A DNA stretch of 64,000 nt from Tubiluchus corallicola (Eukaryota > Animalia > Priapulida): the NCBI GenBank assembly GCA_030141605.1, contig JAQGDQ010000101.1:186001-250000 (forward strand), read 5' to 3'. This document shows positions 25,687 to 37,826 of the stretch, in pieces (within the stretch, counting starts at the first letter, position 1; each line of letters begins with the position of its first letter). Made by a program: the position numbers and the translations under genes. The notes beneath the pieces are model-generated. The model was not told where the DNA came from. It saw nothing but the letters and a program-made list of their open reading frames with translations, and did not search any database.

Positions 25687-26328
25687 GTGCAAGACGGTCA
25701 CCTTGAACCTATATTCTTAATTTCAGATGAAGTAGCTTCATCTTTTTCAATTCCTAACCCTCAAGTAAATCTGAAAGCTGCAGAGTACTACACAAATCGC
25801 AACTTATATTCCACACGCCTTTCCTTTAATGACATGACAAATTTGACATTTAATCAACTACAAAAGGAACTGGAAGAAAGTCTTTGTGGTACTGTTGAGC
25901 GGAGACGAGTGTCATTTGATGCTTCAGCCGATAAGGCAAGCTCGTCAAGTTCATCTCGGTCATTACCACCATCAGCTTGTTCTTCAGCTAAGTCCTCACC
26001 ACAGATGCCAAGACGCTCTAGCGTCAGTGGTCTAGCAGCTAAAACATATGCTAACTCTAATCAAAGTGCTGAAGAAATGATCGCTTGTGATACACAATCT
26101 GCACCGCCGAGTCCTTCTGCATCTGCAGCCAAACTGGCATGGTTTAGTTTCTCAGTGAAGCAAACAGAAGAGGAAAAAGGTGAACACACACTACTCTCAT
26201 CGTTGGGAAGTAAAATACGAGCTGTAAATGAATCACTTGCTCACAATCGAGTGGTAGAAAATATGCATCGAAGACAATACAAAATAACAGATGATGATTT
26301 AAACATTCTTGCTCCAATTTCCATGTGA
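25687..26328 (+). CDS. Uncharacterised Ser-rich protein (first in-frame ATG 25834, or terminal exon via acceptor at 25726)
   Basis: 642-bp open frame in AT-rich DNA with higher GC than its flanks; RRRVSF motif, SP-rich segments, C-terminus DDDLNILAPISM. No family recognised. Confidence 0.6.
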   Translation: MQDGHLEPIFLISDEVASSFSIPNPQVNLKAAEYYTNRNLYSTRLSFNDMTNLTFNQLQKELEESLCGTVERRRVSFDASADKASSSSSSRSLPPSACSSAKSSPQMPRRSSVSGLAAKTYANSNQSAEEMIACDTQSAPPSPSASAAKLAWFSFSVKQTEEEKGEHTLLSSLGSKIRAVNESLAHNRVVENMHRRQYKITDDDLNILAPISM

Positions 26329-27377
26329 TATTCTTGAAATTAATGAGTCTCATTTTATCTGGTATCTTGATAGCTGTTTATGTGGAGTTTAATAGTATTT
26401 ATGCACTAGCACATCACAGCTGCATAATTTACCACCTTTAACGATTAATAATTCTAATACAGGGATAATTATACAACATGTATATACTATGCTTTCAGAG
26501 TCCATGTTTTCATCACAGCATTCACATCCGCTTGTAGGCTTCTTACTGTACAGTGAATATTTTACCCTTTCATGGTAAATTTGAATTGTTTTACATTTTT
26601 ACTGCGCCACTTTTATAAAAATGAGAAAACGTATATAAAACAGAACTAACTTTTTCCGTAATACTTACTACCACCACAAAGTAGTCGTAGGCTAAACTTA
26701 GTTCTATGTAATGTAAGCAACTGAATGTAGGCCACATAGTATAATTAGTAGAGTTCGTTCTGCCAGTGTGAACTTTTCAGGTAACAGAAAGGAAAACAAA
26801 AAAAATACAAAAGGTTACTCACTACTATAACTCATTTTTTCTCTTGCCCGAAAATCATTCACAGTGGTCAAGTGAAACATGTAACTTTCAATCTCTTTAT
26901 TCTAGGGATTTTTTGTTAATTTTTCTAATTCTTATCCTTAAGAATTATTGCTTTGTTGCCATGTTACATAATGAACATAATTTAACTGAGCATATAGCAG
27001 CTTGTGTATGTCCTGCATAAACATTTACCGGTGAAATCTAGTCATTGATTTTTTTAAGTATTGTAGTAAAATGATTGTAGTTTTTGCATTAGGATGTAGT
27101 CACACTTCAAAATGCTAAAAATAAGTTAAGTGTTAACAGCAAAAGCATTTTTATTATAGCAGGCCTACTGTGTATTAGACTGGTTAACATATGCAGCTAT
27201 TTGGTACTTTGTTCAGATTCAATTTAAGTGGGTATCAGCTTTACAAGCACTGTTTTTCAGGATTACCAAATGTGGAATGTATACCTAAATGTGTTATTTT
27301 ATTTATGTACCACAATTTAACCTTAAATGTTTTAAAAGTCTCTTACCAAGTGTTGTTCCTTATGGAGGATGATACAG

Positions 27378-27560
27378 AATGATTACTCAAAATGTTACCA
27401 ATAGACACATTGTGTTTTCATAGTTTCAGTGTAATTTATTCATTATTTTAGGTTTTTGTTGAATATATAATGATTACTCAAAAAACTACCAAAAGACACA
27501 TTCTGTTTTCTTTGTTTCAATGTAAGTAAAATCTTGTTTTTTTTGTTGAGTTTACCTATA
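27378..27560. repeat. Diverged tandem duplication, about 91-bp unit
   Basis: AATGATTACTCAAAA..TACCAA.AGACACATT.TGTTTTC occurs at about 27378 and 27469. Confidence 0.7.
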
Positions 27561-30142
27561 TAGTATATACCTATTGTCCTGAATTTCACTGTTCTTATCA
27601 CTGTCGTTTACCAAATAAATTTTCAACCATCCAAACTCCATCTTTTGTAAATTTCACCCTTCCTTCATCCTCTCGCCCTAAGCGGAAGAATGAACAGTAT
27701 CAATAATTTTTATATTGAATCTTATCTAATTGGGACATGACATTAAGCTTTCCATCAGTTTGTTACAATACACAATTATGTATCTCAAAAGAACAGTAAT
27801 TACAAATTTTACACCAGTGATACAAAAAAATGATGCAGCCATTTGGAGCAAATGGAAATGCACAACCCACTTCAATGAAATTCCAATACCAAAAATTCTG
27901 AGTAAATACGCAGTCGGAATAAAAACCTGGGGATGCCAATCAGTCAACTATTGACAAGAATTGACAGTGCATGTAAAAGAAATAAAATTAAAAACTGGGC
28001 ATAAAATACGAAATAAGAAGTTAAAATAAATATTTAAATAAGTTTAAAAGTATCAGCTAAGTAAACCACCGATAAAGGATGCCTGCCTCATGTTACTGGG
28101 GAAGAAGCACCTACGAACTAACTTACCAAATAGGAGTAGCAGTTCCTCTCAAATGCAACACTTCCTGCTTTTTCCCTCTCATGTTTGCTAGACGCAGTCT
28201 CGCTGATTTTCAGTTTTCTCGCAAAAGTGCTAGCTGAGGTCTTTTAATCACAATCTCCAAAGTTTTTCTTCGTTTAAGGGCAGCCATTTGTTTATACCGA
28301 TATTAGCGCCACCTAGCGAAGAAAACGGATAGCACACAGCAGTAAATCATACATGCGTTAAATTAGCCGATAGCTTTTGGAGTGGGGTGACTAAGCTTAA
28401 TTTGCTATTACATTTTGTGATACATAAGTCACCCGTCCGACCCCGTGCCTAAAAAAACTTTTCTGCCAGGAAACGTTTTGGAAATAATCAATCATCTTAC
28501 CAATTAGTAGTGAGGTGTCAGTTTGTTTTTACACTAATTGTTTGCATTAAACCCTTAGCATAGTTATAAAAAATATTGAGGAAGAGTTTCTAATAAGGTA
28601 AAATTATTTTGCTAAACATCACAGTATAGTAACAAATTCAATGATTCCATGTGTGCTTGGTGTACGCATTATATAAACTATTATTTATAACTGTAATAAA
28701 ATTTATTAAAATCAAAGCCCAGCTTCTTGTATCTTTCTGGGGTTATAAATATGTGGCTCTCTGCTGCAACACCCCCAAGTGCGAGCAGACTCTGTTTCAC
28801 AAGATTTTATTTTTCATTCTAATCACCGAGCTTTCAAATGAGTGTGAGAGCATTTTTTCGGCTAACCCTTTCCTAGAAGTTCTGCTTCTTTAGTGGATGT
28901 TGATCATAAGTCCAGTATCCTAACATGCTATGTTAGATTTTGGTTCTGTATTGAGCCCTGTTGGTTCTACGTTTTCATAGTTTATTCCATTTGAGGCATA
29001 CATTTTGATTACACCTTCTGTTTGAATACCCTAATCACATGTTGTTTTAATCGAGACAATTTCCGGTAGTACTATTACATGTTGTCAGCAAATGGGTTGT
29101 CTAACACAGAGAGATCAATACTGGTGCACTCTGCACAAAATTCTCAAAATACTGTACTGAGACTGTGTTCACTGTGTATTTGGATAGCTTATAGCTTGGT
29201 AGTTTGTAACCATAGCTTGGTGTTCACACAATGCTTTAAATTTAGAGGAATTTAATTTCATATTATTGAATTGGGCCCATTCCAGTACTTGTGTGGTTGC
29301 AGTCTAACTGATAGGTTTACCAGGCCCATAGATTTTCAATTTGTTAAGTTTACCAGGGCCACAAATGTCAAAGAGGGTTGTATCGGCAACATACTTGATA
29401 TCTGTACATACGGTTATACAGTTCATTTAGCATAGCAATAAATAATTTGGTAGAGTTGATAGTGCCTTGAGGCACAGCACCATTAATTGTGCTCCACAGC
29501 GAACATTTTTGACCATTTTTTGTTTCCTTGATTGCAAGAATGATATAAACCAGTTTAGTATTATATTAGAAACACCTATCTGTTTCAGCTTACTTCCAGA
29601 ACTGTTCTAGAAAAGTATTCTATGATCGATGCTATCAAACGCTTTGGCAAAGTCTAACAAGAGGATTCTGTTAATATGACCTAGTTATTGGCAGTTGACC
29701 AAAAAATACTTTTCACGATATTTTAGATTGCTTGCCCTATAATAAAAAAATAAATGTATATAATGATTCTAACTGATTTTAACAACTATTTGAAACGATA
29801 AAATTTTTAGCCTAAACTTCCGTATGTAATAAATGGATTACATTAAGATGAGACGCAGTACATATTCACAATTAAACATGATACCAAATATGAAAAATGG
29901 GCAATGAGAAAAAGTTTGAATGCAGCCTGAATTTGAACCAGGGACCTTCTGCAGATGTTTTAGCCACTTTAGTTGCCGAAACTTGTTATTAATTTAATCA
30001 TTTACCTGCAGTACAACACAACATTGCATGATTGTTCTGATCCGTATCTCTGGTCATGTTCACGTGTTTCCTAAGAAAATGTCAAAGACACTAAAAAGAA
30101 AAAGAAGACTAACCCTGATTCCTGTCGTGCAGCCCTTTATGC

Positions 30143-30157
30143 GGTCTTTCCGTCAAC
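30143..30157 (+). promoter_or_regulatory. TCT/5'TOP-like initiator of RPL13A
   Basis: GGTCTTTCCGTC directly upstream of the ATG, the usual pyrimidine start of ribosomal protein genes; CACGTG at 30061. Confidence 0.6.
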
Positions 30158-33100
30158 ATGGGCTTTAGCGAAAAGGTAGTATTTTCTTTTTTGCCTTTTT
30201 CGAATACTTTTGCTGATACTTTATTACATGTGAAGGGGAGAAGCAAACCTTTACAATATTTTATAGAAAGCGTTGTTGAAAGAAATCGACTTAATCTGTT
30301 TTATTGTCTTCCTTGTGGAAATAATCTTGTATAAATGCAGCAAACTATAATCCATCATCAACTTTCCCAAATTTACGTAATGCACTGTTAAATTTAATTT
30401 TAATCTACTTGTATTATAAGATTCACAATTTTAGTTTTGAACTTTTAAGAAAACAATTATTAATTCTTTGAATCCAACCCAAATTGTAGTTAATTGAATA
30501 TTCATTATTGCTGCCTTGCCAGGTCAGTGTATGCTTCCACACATACAGGAAGCAAGCTGATACACCTGTGACCTAGGCTGTGTATAATGCGTGTAATAAT
30601 TTTGCAGTGATTTTTTATCTAAAGTATTTTACATATTGAAATGAAAATGCAAAATTTTTACTTCAATAGAAAAGTATTTCAAATATAATATTTTCCTCAT
30701 ATTAAATACAAAGGTTTTGAATATATTATTGTAGCATTATTTTAGTTTAAGAATCACTTTCATTCATACCCCCTCCTCCTCAACCCATAGTCTAACTCTA
30801 CTTTAAATGGTTATCATGGCTACATTATTACCAGTAGTTGTATAATTTATATTTAGCATGCAGTAATGCAATGATCAAGTCTCTTCTATGTCTCCTCATC
30901 TCTAAGGTTGTAAAGTGAGCAATTTTCTAAGCCTCTCTTGTTATGATATTTCCTCCATACCTTTAGTATTGCTGGTATGTTGCATACCGTCTAGAAGCTT
31001 AATGTCTTTTCTATAGTGTGGATTTTATTCTTTTGTATACAGTACTCTAATTTGGGTCTTACTAAGCCTTTGCACAATTTCATGATTGCTGTAATGTCTC
31101 TGCATGCAAGCTGTCTACTTATCATTTCTAATATTTGATTTGCGCTCTTCAGTGCACTGGCTTGCAGATTTCAGATCATAAGTTATTTTCGCATCCCAAT
31201 CCTTTTCTTTCACTTGTTTTTATATTTACATTTCACTACTATCATATTCAGTTTTATGTGAAATAGACCCATTATCATTTTCTGATTACCTACAAAAGAA
31301 TACTTTTATATTTCCGTTCTGTGTTTTCCAAAAATCTTAATTTGGTACTTTTTATTATAAATTCATTCTTTTGTCTTTCTGCTATTGACATTTCATAATT
31401 GTTTTAACCATTTTTCTAATTTCCCAGAAAGCTATCATGTTGGATATGTACTTTGCACAATTAGTACCAGATAGACCAGACGGGTTGGTAGTGTGTTTTT
31501 CCACACTATCAGATAGGCTAGTGGTGGTGTGTCAGCTTTCCTTCTGAGAGGGCATGAGCTTGATACTGTGGCCGGTTCATACTAAAGACTTAAAAATGGT
31601 ACCTGCTGTTAGCCTGGTGCATAGTATTTAGAGTAAAAGTGGGATAATAATAATCTGTGTTATGAAGTTTGTAGTATTGTTATTTACACAACATGCTAAA
31701 AGCTCTTTGAGCTTATGTTAAATGGTCATCCAAAAGCTGACTTTAAATAAAAATTATTGTTATTATTATCATTATTATTATTATTATAGTAAATCAGCTT
31801 AAAGATGCGCCTGCTTTATGCTGTATCTTTCTTGGCATTGGGTGCCAACGTGCTACTCACAACAGCAAGTATTCTCTTAACGGCATTTTGCTTAACGAGG
31901 CTGTGTTTTTGACACTCACCCAATGACGCACATCTCAGTTTAATAATGACTTTTTGCCTTACTTTGAGCACGGGACTTTATATAAAAAATTGCATTTTAT
32001 AAAAAATTCCAGTACTGGCCCAATTCACCATTATAGTTTGTCTTAGCTTTTGATAGCAGGCAATCACATGCAGGCATAGTGCGAGATACACATTGCTAAC
32101 TCTTTCCAACGCACAAATTCTCTGATATGTACAAAATTGCTGGCTTAAATGCTCACTCTCATTTGCATAAATTTTCATTTCGATAAATCACTTGAACTAT
32201 TCTTTCAAGATTGTAGTGTTAAACAGAAAGGAAAATCTGTAAAATAGAAGCAAAATTAGATATTTGAGAGAAAAAAGAAAGTAGTAGAAATTGGTCTTGC
32301 GATATCTACATGAAAATTGTATACACGCACCTTCTTTTGTGTAATTACTATTTAGAATTATTGATGTGTAATAGTAACCTTAATTATTACTAGACTTATG
32401 CTAATTGTTATTACATTATTTTCAGCCTCTTTTGATTGACGCTCGGGCCCATTTATTAGGCCGATTAGCTTCGATAGTTGCAAAAACCATTTTGACAGGT
32501 GAGTAGACAGTTTTCTGGAGGTTTTCTGCATGGCTTATTGGATACACTTGGTGTATTGATATCTCTTGGTCTAACTGTTTTATAACAATAATTAATTGTA
32601 TTTCTAAATTAGTGTTCTTTTGTATGTTTTTGTAAGCCATCTTGACTTGCAGTCAGGTATATACAATTTGGCATAAAACTGAACTCACACTGCTAACTGC
32701 TTGTTCTCAGCAGGGTTTTGACTTTAAAGCTTTCAGAGTTCTCACTTCTTTATTTTGTTTTTTTTACTGAGAAATTAGTGAAACAATATAAATTCTATCT
32801 ACTAAACGTCCTGGGTTACTTTGAGTTGTTTTTATCACAAATTATGTTTTAGCTTATTTTCTGATATTTGTCTTATAGGTCAAAGAGTTGTCGTCGTACG
32901 ATGTGAAGGGATAAATATTTCTGGTAGCTTTTACCGGAACAAACGTAAGAATCCCTTGAATATTATTAATTAATTTGTCATTTGAAAGTCTTAGAAATAA
33001 AATGGCTGCAACAGTCAAGTGAAAATATCATCATTTGTTGAAGAAAAGCATCAATCAATTTGTACGTTTCAGTATTTTACCAATGCCATTCAGCAAAAAT

Positions 33101-36100
33101 ATGTCGGACCTAAATACAAATGGTCTAATGGTTAAATTATCAGACTAATGCGAAACAAGTAACACTATTTATTTGTAATTTTGACTAAAAAAAGAATTTC
33201 AATTCTTGCAATTACTATTTCTGTCTATTATTTATATTATATTTGGGGCTGAAATATTTTTGTTGATGGTGGCATAAGTAATATGTCGAAACATACAAAC
33301 ACTGTGTTGCTAATCTTGAATGCTGATAGTCTAAGTGGCTGTTGTGTCATCGTTTTATTTTTGGTAATTAATTATTGTCATCTAGAACTTTAGCATCTTC
33401 TGAATGGGTTGATAGAATCAAGTAGATTTTTCTTAGTCACTTCTGTTAACTTAGTATTTCACTGGTTGTACAACCTAGTAAAATCATCAGTCACTTTTGT
33501 TAGTTTGGTAAAGTTATCTAGGTTTATTACATTTCTATTAATTTATAAGACAACCTATGGCCTTAGTCCCACCGTTTATTTCAATAAAATTCGATGTGAG
33601 TGTTTGTGAATAATTGTGTTATTAAGTAGTAATAAGTACTCTGGTCTTCTGAACCTATTCTTTGAAACACAATCAGTAACACATTCCTGCTTTATAAATA
33701 AATCTACAGAGGCAAAAACTTTAACTTTCTTCTTTCGTTTTTATTAACTGCCAGTTTATGTTTATTCAAAATGTTTAAATATGACTATCTGTGATAATGA
33801 TGACAGTACAAGTTCCTTACCTACTTTGTCTGATTTTAGATGAATGTGAACACTTGTCTGAATCACAATGACAATATTTCTTATTTTTTCTTATAATATG
33901 GTTTTCTGAACAAAAGAAAATGAAGCAGTTCCTAGGGTTATAGTTTAATGTGCTACATTTTGTGTTATGACACTACTACATCTTGTGGATTTTCTCTTAT
34001 GCAGTGAAATATCTTGCGTTCTTGAAAAAGCGTTGCAATGTCAAGCCATCTCGTGGTCCATTCCACTTCAGGGCTCCAAGTAAAATATTTTGGAGAACTG
34101 TAAGGGGTAAGTTAACAATGAAAGTACTAATACAGTCGTTCTTTGTTATAACGCCCTCCTTTATGATGCAATCCTTGCTTAATGCCCATATTTTTAACAA
34201 AACAAAATGTCTATATTTGCATAGACGTGTGTATTAATGCACTTCTTTATAATGCCAAACTCATTATCGTTATTTTGCTGTTCCCGAAGTAGGCAGTATA
34301 AAAAGATTTGACAGCAGTTCATAAATCAGCAAAACAGAATTTATAATAATAATAATGATCATTTTAATGTAAACTGTGATTATATCGCATTTTAGGGAAA
34401 TGATATGTTAATTTCACATTTTTCAAATCAATTTTCTCGTGTTCGTGATGACAGTACAACACCCTTACCTACTTTGTCTGAATTTAGGTGAATGTTTACA
34501 CTTGTCTGAATCACACTGATAGTGCTTTCATAACAAAACAGTTTTCGTTGGCCAGTTAATGCATATGTCATTTTAGGTAATATTAGTGAGTACATGCATG
34601 AATGAGCACAGTTCATGTACAAGAACTTGAAGATTTTCAAACTTTAGAAATGCGCGCTTCTAATAAAAAATGATACATTGTTTTTAATGGCAGTTTTTGT
34701 AGCTTAAGAAGATTCCCAGTTTGGTGCCTTCTAATGGTTTCGCATCTGTAAAAAATGGGCTTGAGTATGATTTTCACATTTATAATTTATTTGGAGTCTA
34801 GTGCTTCTGTATAACACCTGAAAATGACATCCAATAAAACATGAAGACCTTTATTAATTTATAAGATACATACTTGCAGGTATGATTCCACACAAGACCA
34901 AGAGAGGCGCAGCCGCATTAGAAAGATTAAAAGTTTTTGACGGTATTCCTCCACCCTATGATAAAAAGAAGAGAATGGTGGTTCCCGCTGCCTTGAGAGT
35001 TAACAAACTTAAACAGCGAAGAAAGGTTGGTCAGGCATTAGATCAGTGTTTTTGCGTTAATTAAAAGCACAAGAAAACCCTCCACTTACGTAAGGCTTAA
35101 AAATTGGTCTTTATATTACTTCTATTCTGTCTTATTGCAAACAGGGCTTGCATCGGCAGCAATGCTGCATAAAAGTTGTAAATTCAAACACCCGCGTTGA
35201 CTGTTAGACACAGCCATTTTAGACGACAAGTTATTTGAAATAAGTTTAGATAAAACTGAGTGAGTTTGAAAAAATAATCATAGCATTCGTAGCACACGTC
35301 ACTAAAGTAAAATTTTAAATTACTGTATCTTGTCAGTAAGATTAAAAATGCATTTTTTTGGTTAGTGAGTGGCATACCGTGAAGGTGAGCAACGACATTT
35401 GACCAATGGGTGAAAACATTTAAATAATAAATAATTTTCTTTTTTAGTTATGTAAAGTAGGAAACATTTGAAGCAGGTAAGCGAAATGCTAAGTAATATA
35501 ACTTTGCATTAGAATTTTTTTGGACATAGTTTAACAATTCCTTTTCTTCCCCTGATTTACGTTGTGTGTACATGACGTCATGTAATGGCACAATCGGAAC
35601 AGTATTCCAGGAGATGTAAAATGAAAACAAACAAAATATCCTTTCAATGCGAGTAAGATATACTCATAAAATTACCATAAGTAATGTAATTTTTTGAGCG
35701 ACTTTTCTGAAACCTACTTTAGGTACCCTTTTCCTTGCCCTTCAAAGGCCTTTGTAACCCCAACATTGAAGTTTTTTCAAAACATTACACAATGAATTCA
35801 ATAGTTATTATTAAACAAAAGAAACTTTTATAAACTAAATGTCTTGCCGTTTTCTGTCGAGATCACCATGTTTCACATCTTTGGGATGAGTGAGGGAGAA
35901 TAATACACGTAGTACAGAAAGCGTCTTTGGCGACCTCGTGATTGTACTCATAATGTCATTCTTCTCACACAATGAAAAATGGTGGTTCTTCAAATTTAAC
36001 TCCGCTAACAACGAAGTGATAAAAAATCAAAAGAAACAAGTTTTACGGTAAGTAGAATAAATAATGAAATGAATATTCATTAGTAGAGTAGGATTTTGAT

Positions 36101-37826
36101 TTGTAAAAGCTTATATTATAGTGAGGGTTTACTTTGGCTTTAAGTAATTTAAGTTGTTGCCAGTGATGATACAGCTTCACCAACATTGACGTTGCCACGG
36201 ATACGGCATATGAAAATGTTATACATGCACTATTACCTGAGGCAGCAAAAACATTTCAACTCGAGTCAATAATTTGTACTTGGACTACTTTCTTGAGCGT
36301 AATTAAAATGAACGATTGGTGGTGGACCACACATTTCTGTGCAGTCTCTCAATAACTCGAAAAAATGAGTATCAAGTCTAATTTTGAGAAATAATATTTG
36401 AAGGCATGACCCTGCAGGTTGCACATAGACTATATCACATGTACTGGGTTTTAAAGAAATTATTCAACAGTAACAGTAAGTAAAGGCATTACAGAGTTTT
36501 TTGTTTCCAGTACTGTATGGTATATGAAGTTTTTAACTACAAGTCTATTTTAGCCAGCTAATTTGATTTTCTTTTGTGCTGTTTGGCAATTATAATGCAG
36601 TGGTTTTGTGTGCGCATTTGCCTGTAATTTTTCCATTTAAATTAAGTTTAAACAACTGAGGTGTTAGTTAACCGAAACACTGAATTACGTCGTTTTGTGT
36701 CTGCCAAACTTACTGTACATTAATGTTTCAGTTTTGTGTGTTGGGCCGCTTGTCTCATGAGGTTGGTTGGAAGTACCAAGATGTGATCAGTGCATTAGAA
36801 GCAAAGCGGAAAGCTAAATCGAATGCTTTCTATGAGAAAAAAAAGTTGCAAAATGTAAGTGACAAAAAGAAGTTAGGACATTAAAATATCTCGCTGTATT
36901 TTGTTGTGTGAAAGTGTAAAATAATAGTATTTTGACAGTACTGATATCTTCGGCTTTGACATTAAATGGTATGTGGATCATATAAATTATCAAAATCAGT
37001 TTTTTGACTGAATGAAAGGCTTTTTGTACGTATCGTTTTTTTAAGAAATGATACAAAACCGGAATATTTTGGTTTCTTTTCCACATACATTTTACACAAC
37101 TATTTTATTTCTTTCAAGGTATCCTCATGAATTATTTGGTTAATAGAACTAGCATTTTTGTGCTATTTCCACAATTTTTGATATACAGTTTTTTGATTAT
37201 CATACCTTGGATAATAAGTACATGTTTAAATACTAAGCTGAAAAGTGAAATACTTGCAATGTGACATCCGTACTTATAATCCATCAAATTCCGCAACATT
37301 ATAAAGGGTTAAACATTTGCTTATTTTTGCTAAATCGATTCATAGCTTTTGTAAGATCCGGAACTATGTCAAAAAATTGTTATGTTTTGGTCATGATTGA
37401 TAAATGAATTACCATGTAATAAAGTGCCAATTTTAGCTCGGTGTTTATCTCATTAATATTAAGTGGGAAAAAGTTTGAATCATACGATTTAATAAGCGTT
37501 GCTCGAGCCCTCCTCTACTCCCAGCATATGCAACAGACATTCAAGCTTGAGTGTTTAACATCTTCAATGCAAATACGGCTCATTGCCTGTGATGAACATT
37601 TTTAATTTCTTATTGAGAAGCAATGTGAAAACCATAACATGCATCACCAACTGAGGCAAAAATGTCGTATTTGCGTCTTTGGCTTAGAAACTAAACCTGA
37701 TAAACAACTTGCTACTAAAATGTTGTTCGTGTTTGTTTCCAGAAAATTAGAGAACAGGCAATCAAGAATGTGGAAACTCAGATTGCGCCGTATCAGAAAA
37801 TCATAGAGGATTATGGCTGTCGCTAG
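30158..37826 (+). CDS. RPL13A: 60S ribosomal protein L13a (uL13), 7 coding exons
   Basis: Exons 30158-30175 (MGFSEK), 32426-32498 ([24 protein letters not shown]), 32879-32944 ([21 protein letters not shown]), 34005-34106 ([33 protein letters not shown]), 34880-35025 (MIPHKTKRG..), 36732-36854 ([15 protein letters not shown]..), 37743-37826; all GT-AG and in phase. Confidence 0.98.
30870..31300 (-). mobile_element. Degenerate CR1-group LINE ORF2 C-terminal fragment
   Basis: Minus strand reads [36 protein letters not shown] with stops and shifts, matching the CR1 LVRPHLEYC motif. Confidence 0.8.
31474..31787 (+). mobile_element. SINE, probably MetaSINE-like core with (ATT)n tail
   Basis: Core GCCGGTTCATACTAAAGACTTAAAAATGGTACCTGCTG (31571-31608) resembles a remembered conserved metazoan SINE domain; ends AATAAAAATTATTGTTATTATT.. 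Confidence 0.65.
33790..33867 (+). ncRNA. SNORD34: C/D-box snoRNA, U34/SNORD34-like, copy 1 (RPL13A intron 3)
   Basis: Terminal stem TGTGAT/ATCACA, C box ATGATGA 33797-33803, D' CTGA 33830-33833, D CTGA 33858-33861; guide CCTTACCTACTTTGT is antisense to conserved 28S GUAGGUAAGG. U34 is hosted by RPL13A in vertebrates. Confidence 0.88.
34439..34514 (+). ncRNA. SNORD34: C/D-box snoRNA, U34/SNORD34-like, copy 2 (RPL13A intron 4)
   Basis: C box GTGATGA 34445-34451, guide CCCTTACCTACTTTGT, D' CTGA 34478-34481, D CTGA 34506-34509; paralog of 33790-33867. Confidence 0.88.
36156..36246 (+). ncRNA. SNORD33: C/D-box snoRNA, U33/SNORD33-like, copy 1 (RPL13A intron 5)
   Basis: Stem GTTGCC/GGCAGC, C box GTGATGA 36163-36169, D box CTGA 36237-36240; guide CATGCACTATTAC is antisense (with G-U pairs) to 18S GUGGUGGUGCAUG. 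Confidence 0.85.
37583..37659 (+). ncRNA. SNORD33: C/D-box snoRNA, U33/SNORD33-like, copy 2 (RPL13A intron 6)
   Basis: Stem TTGCC/GGCAA, C box GTGATGA 37589-37595, D box CTGA 37651-37654; guide CATGCATCACCAA in the same register; about 85 nt upstream of the acceptor. Confidence 0.87.

Noticed and set aside
28120-28330. Possible minus-strand first exon (MAALKRRKTLE..) and CTCF-like GCGCCACCTAGCG
   Set aside because: The frame closes after 25 codons, no downstream exons were found, and a single motif is not evidence; probably a transposon relic.
32636-32748. Candidate H/ACA snoRNA in RPL13A intron 2
   Set aside because: Two weak hairpins and an ANANNA hinge are present, but there is no ACA box at the expected place and no identifiable target.
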